Shown: positions 37,876-49,883, numbered from the stretch's first letter. The stretch: DNA of 64,000 nt from an uncultured Actinomycetota bacterium (GCA_963834275.1 CAWIBA010000006.1:19129-83128); one strand, 5' to 3'. A program made the numbers and translations. Notes: a model not told the origin generated them from the letters alone.

Positions 37876-39573
37876 GTGACCGAGACCCGGAGTGACCCCA
37901 CGACCGTCGACCGACGCACGCTGCTCGTGGCCGGAGCCGCGACCGCGGGGGCCGGAGCCCTGTCCTGGGCGACCGCCGGCAGCGCCGGGGCCGCCGCCCA
38001 GCCCGGCTACTTCCAGCACGGCGTCGCCTCCGGCGACCCGCACCCCGACAGCGTGGTCCTGTGGACCCGGCTGACGCCGACACCGGAGGCGACCCCCGGG
38101 TCGGGGCTCGGCCCGGCCGTCGCCGTCCGCTGGGAGGTCGCCGAGGACCGGGCGTTCCGGCGGGTGGTGCGCAGCGGCCGCTTCGGCACCGATCCGGGAC
38201 GCGACCACACCGTCAAGCTGGAGGCCGGCGGCCTGGCCGCCGGCACGACGTACTACTACCGCTTCCTCTACAAGGGGACCGCCAGCACCGTCGGCCGCAC
38301 CCGGACCGCGCCGGCGCCGACGGACTCCCCGGCCAACCTCCGCTTCGGGATCGCCTCCTGCGCCAACCTGCAGGCCGGCTGGTTCTCGGCCTACCGGCAC
38401 CTGGCCGCCCGCGACGACCTGGACGCTGTCATCCACCTCGGCGACTACCTCTACGAGTACGAGCCCGGTCACTACGGCTACGGCCCCTCCAACGTCGACA
38501 TCCGGCCCCACGAGCCGCCCCGGGAGATGGTCGAGCTCGCCGACTACCGGCAGCGGCACGCGCAGTACAAGCGCGACGCCGACCTGCAGGCACTGCACGC
38601 GAAGGCGCCGTTCATCGTGACCTGGGACGACCACGAGGTCACCAACGACGCCTGGCGGGAGGGCGCCGAGAACCACCAGCCCGACGAGGGCGACTACCTC
38701 GTGCGCCGCGAGCGCGCGCACCGCGCGTTCGACGAGTGGATGCCGGTGCGGATGGGGGCCACGGCCGCCCTCGGCGACGGCACCGGGCTCTACCGGCGGC
38801 TGCAGTTCGGGGCCCTCGCCGAGCTGAGCATGCTCGACCTGCGCACCTACCGGGACCAGCAGGTGTCCCAGCCGGCGCCGCCGGTCCCCTCCACCGACGG
38901 CGGGGTGAGCGACCCGGACCGCACCATCACCGGCGACGCCCAGATGGCGTGGCTCAAGGAGTCGCTCGCCGGCGACCGGGCGCAGTGGAAGCTGGTCGGC
39001 AACCCGGTGATGATCGCGCCCGTCGTGTTCCCGCCGCTGCCCGCTGACCTGGCCCGCTCGGTCAACGACGTGACCGGGCTGCTCCCCGAGGACGGCCTGC
39101 CCTACAACACCGACCAGTGGGACGGCTACACCGCCGACCGGCGCGAGGTGTTCCAGTTCCTGGCCGACCACGGCATCACCGACACGGTGTTCCTCACCGG
39201 CGACATCCACTCCGGCTGGGCCTGCGACCTGCCGCTGGACGCGGGCACCTACCCCGCCAGCCCGTCGGTCGCCACCGAGTTCGTCGGCACGAGCGTGACG
39301 AGCAACAACCTCGACGACATCACCGGCAGCCCGCCGCGCACGTCCAGCATCGCCGTCGAGGCCGCGATCATGGCGAACAACCGGCACGTCAGGTACCTCA
39401 ACTTCGACGACCACGGGTACGCCGTCCTCGACGTCACCAGCGCCCGGACGCAGATGGACTACTACAAGATCGGCGACCGGGCCGACCGGGCGGCGGGCTC
39501 GTCGTGGACCGCGTCGTGGGCCACCGACGCCACCACGCAGAAGGTGCGCCCCGTGGACAGGCCGGTCGCATGA
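37876..39573 (+). CDS. phoD: Alkaline phosphatase D, Tat-exported
   Basis: DRRTLL Tat signal; FQHGVASGDP, HLGDYLYE, WDDHE, DQWDGY and TGDIH motifs. Confidence 0.93.
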   Translation: MTETRSDPTTVDRRTLLVAGAATAGAGALSWATAGSAGAAAQPGYFQHGVASGDPHPDSVVLWTRLTPTPEATPGSGLGPAVAVRWEVAEDRAFRRVVRSGRFGTDPGRDHTVKLEAGGLAAGTTYYYRFLYKGTASTVGRTRTAPAPTDSPANLRFGIASCANLQAGWFSAYRHLAARDDLDAVIHLGDYLYEYEPGHYGYGPSNVDIRPHEPPREMVELADYRQRHAQYKRDADLQALHAKAPFIVTWDDHEVTNDAWREGAENHQPDEGDYLVRRERAHRAFDEWMPVRMGATAALGDGTGLYRRLQFGALAELSMLDLRTYRDQQVSQPAPPVPSTDGGVSDPDRTITGDAQMAWLKESLAGDRAQWKLVGNPVMIAPVVFPPLPADLARSVNDVTGLLPEDGLPYNTDQWDGYTADRREVFQFLADHGITDTVFLTGDIHSGWACDLPLDAGTYPASPSVATEFVGTSVTSNNLDDITGSPPRTSSIAVEAAIMANNRHVRYLNFDDHGYAVLDVTSARTQMDYYKIGDRADRAAGSSWTASWATDATTQKVRPVDRPVA

Positions 39574-40817
39574 ACACCCCGAGGGTCGACCGGCGGACGC
39601 TGCTCAAGCTCGGCGCGGCCGGCGGTGCGACGTACCTGTTCTCGAGCGCCGTCGGGGCGCCGGCGGCCTCCGCGGCGACCGCCGACCGGGTCTACGTGCT
39701 GGTGGTCGACGGCTGCCGCCCCGGGGAGATCGACGCCGGCCTGACCCCGCGGCTGGCGGCGCTGCGCGCCGCGGGCACGAACTTCCCGCGCGCCCGCTCG
39801 CTGCCGGTGATGGAGACCATCCCCAACCACGTGATGATGATGACCGGGGTGCGGCCCGACCGCAGCGGCGTGCCCGCGAACTCGGTCTACGACCGCGCCG
39901 AGCAGACGGTGCGCGACCTGGACCGTCCCGGCGACCTGCGCTACCCGACCGTGATCGAGCGGCTCAACGAGAGCGGCCTCACGACCGGCACCGTGCTGTC
40001 GAAGGAGTACCTCTACGGGATCTTCGGCACCCGCGCCACCCACCGCTGGGAGCCGGCCCCGGTCGTCCCGGTGAGCGGCCACTCCCCCGACCAGTTCACG
40101 ATGGACGCGGCGATCGCCATGGTGCGCGACCTCGACCCGCACCTGGTGTTCGTCAACCTCGGTGACTGCGACCGGATGGGGCACTCGGACCTGACCGGGA
40201 CCACGCTGAAGGCCGCCCGCACGGCCGCGCTGGCCACCGTGGACCACCAGGTGGGCCGCTTCGTCGACATGCTGGAGTCGACGGGCCGGTGGGAGCGCTC
40301 GGTGGTCGTCGTGCTCGCGGACCACTCGATGGACTGGTCCCGGCCGGACCGGCTGGTGTCCCTCGAGCCGGTCTTCGCCGCCGACCCGATGCTCGCCGGC
40401 AACGTGACGATCGCCGACAACGGCGGCGCCGACCTCCTGTACTGGACCGGGCCCGCCGAGCAGCGGGCCGCGGCCGTGGCCCGGATGCGCGAGCTCGCCG
40501 CCCCGGTCCCCGGTGTGCTCTCGGTCAACGACCCCGCGGCGCTCCGGCTCGGGCCGGAGGCCGGAGACCTGGTCGCCTACTGCGAGGCGGGCTGGCGGTT
40601 CAGCGACCCCGAGGCGTACTCCAACCCGATCCCGGGCAACCACGGCCACCCCACCACCGAGCCGATCCCGTTCTTCGTCAGCGGCGGTGCCCCGGTCGTC
40701 GTTCCGGGCCGCACCTCGACGGCACCGGCCCGGACCGTCGACGTGGCCCCGACCGTGGGGGCGGTGTTCGGGCTGCCCGCGCCCGCGGACGGGTACGACG
40801 GCCGGTCCCGGCTCTAG
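39570..40817 (+). CDS. Alkaline phosphatase superfamily (NPP/phosphodiesterase-like), Tat-exported
   Basis: DRRTLLK signal; VVDG, ETIPNH, DRMGH, ADH and GNHGH motifs; ATGA overlap with phoD. Confidence 0.85.
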   Translation: MNTPRVDRRTLLKLGAAGGATYLFSSAVGAPAASAATADRVYVLVVDGCRPGEIDAGLTPRLAALRAAGTNFPRARSLPVMETIPNHVMMMTGVRPDRSGVPANSVYDRAEQTVRDLDRPGDLRYPTVIERLNESGLTTGTVLSKEYLYGIFGTRATHRWEPAPVVPVSGHSPDQFTMDAAIAMVRDLDPHLVFVNLGDCDRMGHSDLTGTTLKAARTAALATVDHQVGRFVDMLESTGRWERSVVVVLADHSMDWSRPDRLVSLEPVFAADPMLAGNVTIADNGGADLLYWTGPAEQRAAAVARMRELAAPVPGVLSVNDPAALRLGPEAGDLVAYCEAGWRFSDPEAYSNPIPGNHGHPTTEPIPFFVSGGAPVVVPGRTSTAPARTVDVAPTVGAVFGLPAPADGYDGRSRL

Positions 40818-40875
40818 CAGGACGCTGCCAAGGTCGCCCGCGGGAATCACCCCGAGGACCGCGGGCGAGTCGTCG

Positions 40876-42937
40876 TCAGCCGGCCAGGCGCTTGAGGGCG
40901 GTGAGCACGACGTCGCGGTCGGTGGTGCGCCACATCGGCGGCAGCGAGTCGGCGAGGAACCGGCCGTAGCGGGCGGTGACCAGCCGGGGGTCGAGGATCG
41001 CGACGACGCCCTTGTCGGAGGTGGTCCGGATCAGCCGGCCCGAGCCCTGCGCGAGCAGCAGCGCGGCGTGGGTGGCGGCGACCGACATGAAGCCGTTGCC
41101 GCCGGCCCGGTCGGCCGCCCGCTGGCGCGCGGACATCAGCGGGTCGTCGGGACGCGGGAACGGGATCCGGTCGATGATCACCAGCTGGCAGGTGTCGCCG
41201 GGCACGTCGAGGCCCTGCCACAGCGACAGCGTGCCGAACAGGCAGGCGTGCGGGTCCTCGACGAACAGCCGGGCCAGCTCGGGCAGCTGCGCCTCGCCCT
41301 GGGCCAGCACGGTGAGGTGCGGCAGCCGCTCGCGGGCCGCTTCGGCCGCGGTCTCGGCGGCGCGACGCGACGAGAACAGCCCGAGAGTGCGGCCGTCCGC
41401 TGCGTCGACGAGGTCGACGATCTCGTCGAGCTGGGCGGGGCCCAGGCCGTCGCGACCCGGCGGGGGCAGGTGCCGGGCGACGTAGACGATCCCCTGCTTG
41501 GCGTAGTCGAACGGCGAGCCGACGTCGATCCCGCGCCACGGCTCGCTCGGGTCCTGCTCGTCCTCCACCTCGGGCACCTCGGCGGCCTCGACGAGGGCCG
41601 GCACCTCGGTCTCCTCGACACGCTCGGACGGCTTGAGCCCGATGCTCGTCGCGACGGACGCGAAGTCACCGCCGAGCATCAGCGTCGCGCTGGTGAAGAC
41701 CGCGGTCTTCTCGGCCAGCAGCCGGGAGCGCAGCTGCCCCCACACCTGGAGCGGTGCCACGCACAGGACGTCCCGGCCCGGACCGCTCGAGGGGCCGGAG
41801 GTCCGCCGCGAGAGCCAGAGCACGTCGGACTCCGCGTGCGCGGCCATCCGTTCGGCGGTCTTGAAGATCTCCTGCACCCAGCCGCGGGCCTGCGTGCGTC
41901 CCGGGTCGGCGTCCCCCGACCCGGCACCGGGCTGCTCCTTGGGGAACGCGGACACCAGCGCGCGGGCGGCGTCGCGCACCAGCGCGAGGGCGTCGGCGAG
42001 GTCGGTGGGCACGGCATCGATCCGGCCCTCGTCGCAGGCCGTCATCGCCTCCCGCAGCGCGTCGCCCGCGTCGGCCAGGTCGTCGGCCTCGCTGCCGGAG
42101 CCCGACCCGGACGCGACGTGCTTCTGCGATGCGCCGGGCGGCCCGCTCGATCTCGGACACGCTGAGCTCGTCGGTGGCGGCCTGGGTGACCCGCGCGGTC
42201 AGCTCGTGCGCCTCGTCGACGACCACCACGTCGTACTCGGGGATCATCGGGACGCCCTCGATCGCGTCGATCGCGAGCAGCGAGTGGTTCGTGACCACGA
42301 GCGACGCCCGCGCCGCCCGCTCCTTGGCGCGCTCGGCGAAGCACTCGGTCGCGAACGGGCACCGTGTCGCGCCCAGGCACTCGCGGTGGGAGACCGAGAC
42401 CTGCCGCCAGACCCGGTCGGTGTGCTTGGGCGCGGAGTCGCGGTCGCCGGGACCGCCGGTCTCGGCCTGCTGCTCTCCCCAGGCCCGCAGCTTGAGCACC
42501 TCGGAGCCCGTCGTGCCCTCGGGCACGTCGACGAGCACCCCCTGGTCGTCGGGGACGCCCTCGCGGATCCGGTGCAGGCAGGCGTAGTTGGACCGGCCCT
42601 TGAGCACGGCGTACGACGGGGCGCCGCCCGGCAGCAGGTGCTCGGCCGCCCCCAGCAGCGCCGGGATGTCGCGCTCGACGAGCTGGTGCTGCAGGGCCAG
42701 GGTCGCGGTGGCGACGACCACCCGGTGCTCGTGGAGCAGCGCCGGCACCAGGTAGCCCAGCGACTTGCCGGTGCCGGTGCCGGCCTGCACGAGCAGGTGC
42801 TCGCGGGTGCGCATCGCCCGGGCCACCGCCTCGGCCATCTGGATCTGGCCGGGCCGCTCCTCGCCGCCCAGCTCGGCGACCGCGTCCGCCAGCACCTCGG
42901 TCACGGAGGGGGTCGGCGCGCTGGCGGGGTCGGGCAC
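40876..42937 (-). CDS. dinG: ATP-dependent DNA helicase DinG (one frameshift near 42130)
   Basis: QAGTGTGKS, Fe-S cysteines, DEAH, TSATL, LWQGLDVPG and QGSGRLIR motifs; one extra base joins the two ORFs. Confidence 0.92.
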
Positions 42938-43069
42938 CGGAGCACCCTAACCGCCGGGCCCCACCGGGGGTCGCGACTGGTCCACAGCGGCCCGCCGGGT
43001 GGGCGCCACCGTCCTAGACTCGACCACGTCCCCTCCGTCGCACCCGCCCGACCCCCAGGAGGTGGAGCG

Positions 43070-43336
43070 ATGACGACGCGGACCTGGACCGTGCAGGTCA
43101 AGCTGGACGAGATGGGCGACGACACCACGGCCGACGCCGTGATCGGGCTCGACAACAAGACCGAGGTGCGGGGTCACGGCCGCAGCCGCCGCAATCCCGC
43201 CGACGACGCCGACGTGCGCATCGGCGACGAGCTGGCCGCCGCGCGGGCGCTCTCCGACCTCGCGCACCAGCTGCTGGCCGTGGCCGCCTCGGACATCGAG
43301 TCGCGCACGCACGTCCCGGCGGCCCTCGACCTCTAG
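43070..43336 (+). CDS. DUF1876 (dsRBD-fold) small protein
   Basis: WTVQV...GHGRSRRNPAD...IGDELAAARALSDLAHQLL; SD AGGAGG. Confidence 0.85.
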   Translation: MTTRTWTVQVKLDEMGDDTTADAVIGLDNKTEVRGHGRSRRNPADDADVRIGDELAAARALSDLAHQLLAVAASDIESRTHVPAALDL

Positions 43337-43450
43337 CCGACCGGCCCCGCAGGCCCCCCGCGGCGCGCGGCGGGTGCGTCGGCCTGCCGGGGGCAGATCA
43401 CACCGATAATCGCGCGACAACCACGCGACGGTTGCGGAGAATGTCCGGCG

Positions 43451-44803
43451 ATGATCGCCGCCCTCCTCCGCTACGCCCGGCCCCCGTCACCGCTGGCCGG
43501 GAGACTCTCGGTCCAGTCCGTCCTGTTCGCCCTGGGCGAGGGCTCCTTCATGACCGGCTCCGCGGTCTTCTTCACCCAGATCGTGGGGCTCACGGCCGCC
43601 CAGGTCGGCCTCGGACTGACCTGCGCCGGGGTCGCCTCGTTCCTCGTGGCGGTGCCGATGGGCAAGCTGGTCGACCGCTTCGGACCGAAGCGGATGTGGG
43701 CGCTGGCCGCCACCGGCCAGGCGGCGATGTTCTCGGTGTGGCCGTTCATCGGCGACTTCCAGGGCTACCTGACGATGGCGGTGGGCATGGAGATGATCGG
43801 CGCCCTGGGCGGCGCCGCGTACGGCGCCTACTCGATCGACGTCCTGCCTCCCGCCGAGCGGGTGAAGTCGCGCGCCTACATCTACTCCGCGCTCAACGTG
43901 GGCTTCACCCTCGGGTCCCTCGTCGGCGGCCTGGCGCTCGCGTTCGACTCCAACGACGTCCTGCACGCCCTGCCCTGGTTCAGCGCCCTGGTCTTCCTGG
44001 TCAACGGCGTCGCCATCACGCGGCTGCCGAACGCGTCCCACGACAACCGCTCGCCGGCGGAGCGGAAGGTCAAGATCGACGGGCCGGGTCCGTTGCGCAA
44101 CGTCGGGTGGCTGCTCAGCACCTTCTTCACCGGCGTCTTCTGGACCAACCAGGTGCTGCTGAACATCGTCATCCCGCTGTGGCTGGTGCAGGAGACCGAC
44201 GCCCCGCGGGTGCTGCTGGCCTTCCTGTTCGGCACCAACACCGTCATGTGCATCTTCCTGCCCATGGCGGCCGCTCGCGGCGTCAGGGACGTGTCCACCG
44301 CGCTGAGGGCGGTCCGGATCTCCTCGGCGTTCTTCGTGGTCTCCTGCCTGATCACCATGGCCACCCACGAGACCGTCGGCTGGGTCACCATCGCGCTGGT
44401 CTGGCTCGGGCACGTCACGGTCACCGGGGCCGAGCTCTACCTGTCCGCCGCGAGCTGGTCGTTCGAGGCCGAGCTGATGGACCCGCGCCGACGCGGCGCC
44501 TACCAGGGCGCCGCCGAGCTGAGCGGCACCCTGGGCCGGGTGTGGGCACCGGCGCTCTACACCTTCCTCGCGCTCAGCTGGGGCGAGGGCGGCTGGCTGG
44601 TCATCGCCGGCATCATCGTGGTGGCCACGATCGGGGTGCACCCGTCCACCCGCCTCGCGCGCCGGTTCCTCGAGAAAAACGTGCCGGCCGACGAGCTCGC
44701 CCATGCCCGCGCCTCCGCCCCGGACGCGGAGGAGGCCGTGGCGGTCGGGCCGCCGTCGCTCATCGACCCCGACGAGCCGGCGGCCCGGGCGACCGGGGTC
44801 TGA
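43451..44803 (+). CDS. MFS transporter
   Basis: About 12 TMs; GKLVDRFGPK motif A. Confidence 0.9.
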   Translation: MIAALLRYARPPSPLAGRLSVQSVLFALGEGSFMTGSAVFFTQIVGLTAAQVGLGLTCAGVASFLVAVPMGKLVDRFGPKRMWALAATGQAAMFSVWPFIGDFQGYLTMAVGMEMIGALGGAAYGAYSIDVLPPAERVKSRAYIYSALNVGFTLGSLVGGLALAFDSNDVLHALPWFSALVFLVNGVAITRLPNASHDNRSPAERKVKIDGPGPLRNVGWLLSTFFTGVFWTNQVLLNIVIPLWLVQETDAPRVLLAFLFGTNTVMCIFLPMAAARGVRDVSTALRAVRISSAFFVVSCLITMATHETVGWVTIALVWLGHVTVTGAELYLSAASWSFEAELMDPRRRGAYQGAAELSGTLGRVWAPALYTFLALSWGEGGWLVIAGIIVVATIGVHPSTRLARRFLEKNVPADELAHARASAPDAEEAVAVGPPSLIDPDEPAARATGV

Positions 44804-44828
44804 CCCCCGGTCGCCCCGACGGTCGGGG

Positions 44829-46686
44829 TCAGCCGACGGGCTGGAGCCGCAGGAAGGCCATCGACGGCATCCGCAGCGTCAGCTCCGTGCTCACGGTGCC
44901 GCGCTCGTCGGCGGTCACCGTGGTCTCCGGCGCCAGCTCCTCGAGCCGGTCGGCGGCGCGCAGCGTCTCCCACTGCGCGTCGGTCGGCCAGGCCTGGTCG
45001 GCGTCCTTGAGGGCGCCCCAGGTGCCGGCGACGTTGGAGTGGTCGGCGTCGACGCCCTCCTGGGTGAGCCGGTACGTCGCACCCGGGGCGAGCCCGTCCA
45101 CCCGCACGGTCACGTCACGGTCGAGCGGGGCCGCACCGGCCGCCTTGGACTGGTCGAGCGTCATGTTCCAGGCGAGCACGGACACCGCACCGGCGTCGTC
45201 ACGGGTCGCCAGCGCCTCCACGAGGGAGCCGCCGCCGTCACCGGTCAGGGCGACCGGGAGCCGGCCGTCGTCGAGCCGCTCGAGGAGCCGCAGCGCCCAC
45301 CAGCGCGGCTTGCGCAGCTCCCCCACGGTCCGCAGCCCGAAGCCGCCGTGCAGCAGCGCCGGCGGCCGGCCCAGCTCCTCGAAGTGGTCGGAGACCACCC
45401 AGTAGGAGAGCGCCTCGATCCGGTCCATCGCCGAGGCCATCCCGCGCAGCAGGAACACCCCGGAGAACACCGCGTCGCTGACCTCGTTGAAGTGGGTCGG
45501 CGTGACGCCCCACTCGGTCCACCAGATCGGCGTGCCGGCCCGGCCGTAGCGCTCCAGCGGAGGGCCGGAAGTCCAGCGGCGGGCTGCCGTAGGTGTGCGT
45601 GGAGACGAAGTCGAGCGGTGCCCCCGACTGCTCGACGTGGGCGAGGAGCTCCTCCACCCAGCCGGCCGCCGCGGACGACGGGCCGCCGACGACGAGCCGG
45701 TCGTCGACCTCCCGCACGGCTGCCGCGGTGACGTCGTACATCTTCATCCACTCGTCGGGGGTGCCGGACCAGAAGACCTCCAGGTTGGCCTCGTTCCACA
45801 CCTCGAACGACCAGTGCTCGACGACCTCCTCGCGGCCGTAGCGCTCCACGAGGTGCGCGGTCAGGTCGCGGACCAGGTCGTACCACCGCCGCCAGTCCTT
45901 CGGGGGCGACACGATCGCGCCGTACTCGAAGACCGTCTTCGACGGGTCGCTGGCCAGGTCGTGCGGCATGAACGAGATCTCCACGACCGGGTAGAGCCCG
46001 AGGCCCCGGATGTGGTCGTAGACCCGGTCCACGCCCGAGAAGTCGTGGACCGGGTCGCCGTCCACCTCGCGGTAGACCGAGAGGTCGTCGCAGAGGATCC
46101 CGTGGGCGCGCACCGTGCGGACGCCGAGCTCGTCGACCGCGGCGCGCAGCGCGGAGGTCAGCTCGTCCCCGATCACGCGGCCGCCGGTGATGTCGGTGGA
46201 GACGGCGTGCGAGAGGTGCTCGCTGCCGATCATCGGCCGCCACGGCCGGGCCAGCGCCCCGGCCTGGCCGACCGCGTCGACGCTCAGCCGCACCGGGCCG
46301 GGCTCGTGGGCCGGGGTCGCCGCCACCCGCGGGGTCGGGTCGCCCTCGACCGCCACGTCGGACAGCGTCGTGACGGCATACCAGCGCTCGGTCCCGGGTG
46401 TGCCGGTGGTGTCGACGTAGGGCGGGTGCGGCACCGCCTTCACGTCCATGCCGTGGTGGTCGACGGGCTCCAGCGGCCCGTCGGCGGTGTCGGCGACGTG
46501 CACCTGGTAGCCCACCGCCCCCGCGACCGGCTCCCAGTCGAGGGTCACCTGGGCACCGCCGGCGGTGGCGGTCAGCCCGGTCGGCGGGGCGAGCCGGGGG
46601 GCTCCGTCGGAGGAGGGGCCCGTGGTGGCCTCGCCGGAGCGGAGGCCGATCCGCTCCTCCCAGTCGGTGCGGGCGTCAGTCGTCAC
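44829..46686 (-). CDS. GH39 beta-xylosidase-like hydrolase with N-terminal FN3-like domain (frameshift near 45560)
   Basis: VRAHGIL, EISFMP, EVWNEANL, FVSTHTY, WWTEWG, SYWVVSDHFEE and FGL motifs. Confidence 0.85.
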
Positions 46687-48240
46687 GATGTCCTGCTTTC
46701 GTCGTCGGGGTGGTGGGGGTGTGTGGTCTCGACAGGCTCGACCACCCGGTCGGTGGGCTCGACCACCCGGTCGGTGACCACCCGGTCGGTGGTCTCGACA
46801 GGCTCGACCACCTGTTCGGTGGTGCCGACCAGCCGGTCGGGCGGCAGGTCGTCCCCGAGCTCGGTGGCGAGCCGGTCCAGGGCGTCGGTCAGGTGCTTGA
46901 CGTCGTCGGCGTACGCCGGGTCGTCGTAGACCGACCGGGTCTCGTCGGGGTCCTCGGCGAGGTCGAACAGCTCCCACTCGACCGGGGTCGTCTCGTCGGA
47001 CGCGCCGGGCTGGCCGCAGCCGGAGCCGTAGTAGTGCACGAGCTTGCGGTCGAGCGTGCGGATGCCACGGTGCGCCGCGACGTGGTGGCACCCGTCGAGG
47101 TGCTCCCAGTAGCGGTAGTAGGTCTCGGTGCGCCAGCCCACGTCGGCCGGGTCCTCCCCGGCGAGCAGCGGGACCATCGAACGGCCCTGCATGCGCGGGT
47201 GCGGGGACACCCCGGCGAGCTCGAGGAAGGTCTGCGCGAAGTCCACGTTGAGCACCAGCGCGTCGCTGGTCGACCCCGGCGGGACCAACCGCGGGTAGCG
47301 CACCACCAGCGGCGACTCCAGCGACTCGCGGTACATGAAGCGCTTGTCGTACCAGCCGTGCTCGCCGAGGAAGAAGCCCTGGTCGCTGGTGTAGACGACG
47401 ACGGTGTCGTCGGCCAGGCCGGTGGCGTCGAGGTGGTCGAGCAGCCGGCCGACGTTCTCGTCGACGGCGACGACGCAGCGCAGGTAGTCAGCCAGGTAGC
47501 GGTCGAGAGCCCAGCGCGCGTGCGCGGTCTCGGTCCAGCCCGGCCGGAGGCTCCTCCTTGAGGTCCTCCAGGTGCAGGTCGCGGCCCACCCGCATCCGCG
47601 CCTCCCGGGCCGCGCTCGCGTGCCCGGAGTGGTCGTCGAAGAAGGTGCGAGGCGGCTCGAAGCCGTCGTCGAACAGGTCCCGGTGCCGCTCGGCGGGCAC
47701 CCAGGGGCGGTGCGGCGCCTTGTGCTGGACCAGCAGGCACCACGGGTCCGGGCCGTCCTGCACCTGCCCGAGCCAGTCCAGGGCGAGGTCGGTGATCACG
47801 TCGGTGGCGTAGCCGGGCCGCACGTGGGAGGTGCCGTCGGGGAGCAGGAACTCCGGGTCGACGTAGTCGCCCTGGTCCGGAAGCACCTCCCACGTGTCGA
47901 AGCCCCGCGGGTCGTGCGCCTCACCGTGCCCGAGGTGCCACTTGCCGAACAGCGCGGTCCGGTAGCCGGCGTCCCGCAGCAGCGCCGGGAAGGTCGGCTG
48001 CCGGTTGTCGAACTCCGTCGACAGCGTGGTCACGCCGTTGCGGTGGTTGTAGGTGCCGGTGAGGATCGTGGCCCGGCTCGGCGCGCACAGCGAGTTGGTG
48101 CAGCCGCACGCGTCGAACCGGATGCCCTGCGCCGCGACGCGGTCGATCTGCGGGGTCACCCGGTGGGCGCCCGGGTAGCAGCCGACCGCGTTCGCGGCGT
48201 GGTCGTCGGCGACGACCAGCAGGATGTTGGGGCGGGTCAC
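46683..48240 (-). CDS. Cys-type sulfatase (frameshift near 47515)
   Basis: PNILLVVADDH, CAPSRATILTG, GKWHLG, KAPH and SDQGFFLGEHG motifs. Confidence 0.9.
46723..46811. repeat. REP-like palindromic repeat array inside the sulfatase 3' end
   Basis: GTGGTCTCGACAGGCTCGACCAC at 46723-46745 and 46789-46811, with GACCACCCGGTCGGTG units between them. Confidence 0.75.
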
Positions 48241-48243
48241 GAC

Positions 48244-49837
48244 TCAGCCACGCCGCCCCGCGCTGAACTCCTCCATCTGCATGAGCGGGCGCACCTGCTT
48301 GGCCAGCCGGCCCGGCGCGACGTAGTCGCGCATCGCGTCCCCGGCCAGCTCGTTGCCGAGCGCGGCCATGATCATGCCCTGGTCCAGGGAGAGGTAGCGC
48401 TTGGAGACCTGGCCGCTGCGGACCGCGATGGCGTCGTAGAAGCCGCCGGGGCCGTAGGCGTCGAAGTTCGTCCCGCATCTTCGCCAGGTTGTCCAGCGAG
48501 GCCTCGGGGGCGTAGCGCAGCGCCAGGAAGGACGCGTGCGGCGTCACCACGCCGTCGCCGTACTGCGTCGGGGCGGGCTCGCCCTCGCGGCAGCCCTCGT
48601 AGGGCTGCTCCCAGTCGGTGCGCTCCTGGTCGGAGGTGTAGCCCGGCCCGTCGAGCCCAGCATGTCCACGCCGTACTCGCGGTAGCCGCCGGCGGGGTTG
48701 TTGGACGGTGAGAAGCCCCAGTAGCCGTAGCCGGCCTCGTCCATGCCGTGCTCGATCTGGCCCTGCACGTAGAGCGGGTGGTTGACGCCCCAGGAGCGCG
48801 GGCCCCACTTCTCCTCCGGCACGAACAGCGGCACCATCAGCGCCTCGAACATGCTGCCGCCCCAGGTCGGCACGACGTTCATGCCGCGGTAGGGCAGGGC
48901 GCCCTCGAACACCCGCTGGCCGAGGTACTCGCGCCACTCGCCGACCGGCCTGCGTCTCGGTCCAGGCCCAGTCGCAGTTGGTGTCGGGGAAGGTGCGGAA
49001 GGTGCCGAAGTAGTGCTTGCGCGGGGATCTGGCCGTCGGCGATGCCGAGGTACGACGCCATGCGCGGCTCGGTGTTGAACGCGCCGTAGTGGTGCCCGGT
49101 GTACCAGACGTCGCTGCCCCATGCCGCAGTAGTCGCCCTGCGGCAGCGGACGAGTTGCCCGGGTCCTCGTCCCAGAAGCCGCCCCGGATCTGGTTCTCGG
49201 CCGGGTTGTAGTAGCAGGCGAAGTCCATGTCCTTGCGGATCGCGTCGGCCTCGTCGGCCAGGGCCGGGACGGCACGGGCGGTCAGCAGCAGCCCGGTGGC
49301 CAGCCAGCCGTTGTCGACGCTGGAGAGGAAGGGCTTGATCGGGTCGCCGCTGCCGGGGAACGCCCGCAGCTTCTCCCCCGTGGCCGGGTCGTACCAGTTG
49401 TAGAACATGCCGCTCGCGTCGTGCCGCTCGAGCCCGGCGACGCTGTCGAGGGTCTGCGCCATCCGGGTGCGGGCCTCGCGCTTGGAGATCAGCCCGATGT
49501 CGCGCGCGGCGGTGGTGCTCCACAGGTACGCCCCGATGTTGGTGGGCGAGGTGTAGCCACCGCGGCTCGCGGGGCTCAGGTCGCCCCCGATGTTGTCGTC
49601 CGGCAGGCCGGTGCGCTCGTCGGTCATGGCCTCGAACGACTTCCAGGTCGCGGCGGCGTACCTCTTCAGCACGGTGTCGTCGCCGGCCTCGCCGGCCGCG
49701 GCGGCCGGGCCGGTGGTGGTCGCGGCGGTGGCGGCGACCAGGCCGGCGGCGACCGCGAGCGAAGTAGCGGCGGCGAGGACGCGGCGGGGCCGTCGTCCGT
49801 TCGGGACGCCGGGTTCGGCGTGGGGGTGGGGGTGCAT
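48244..49837 (-). CDS. Secreted DUF3131/putative-glucoamylase (GH144-like) glycoside hydrolase (several frameshifts)
   Basis: Signal peptide; GLPDDN, YTSPTNIG, FYNWYD, SSVDNGWL, WGGSMFEALM, WGFSPS, VVTPHASFLAL and YLSLDQGM spread over several frames. Confidence 0.8.
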
Positions 49838-49883
49838 GTCTTTACCTTCCGAGATGGATGGGCGGACGTGTGCGTTGCAGGCG

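Noticed and set aside
46723-46811. CRISPR array
   Set aside because: Only two full repeats, the intervening sequence is itself repetitive, and no cas genes are present.
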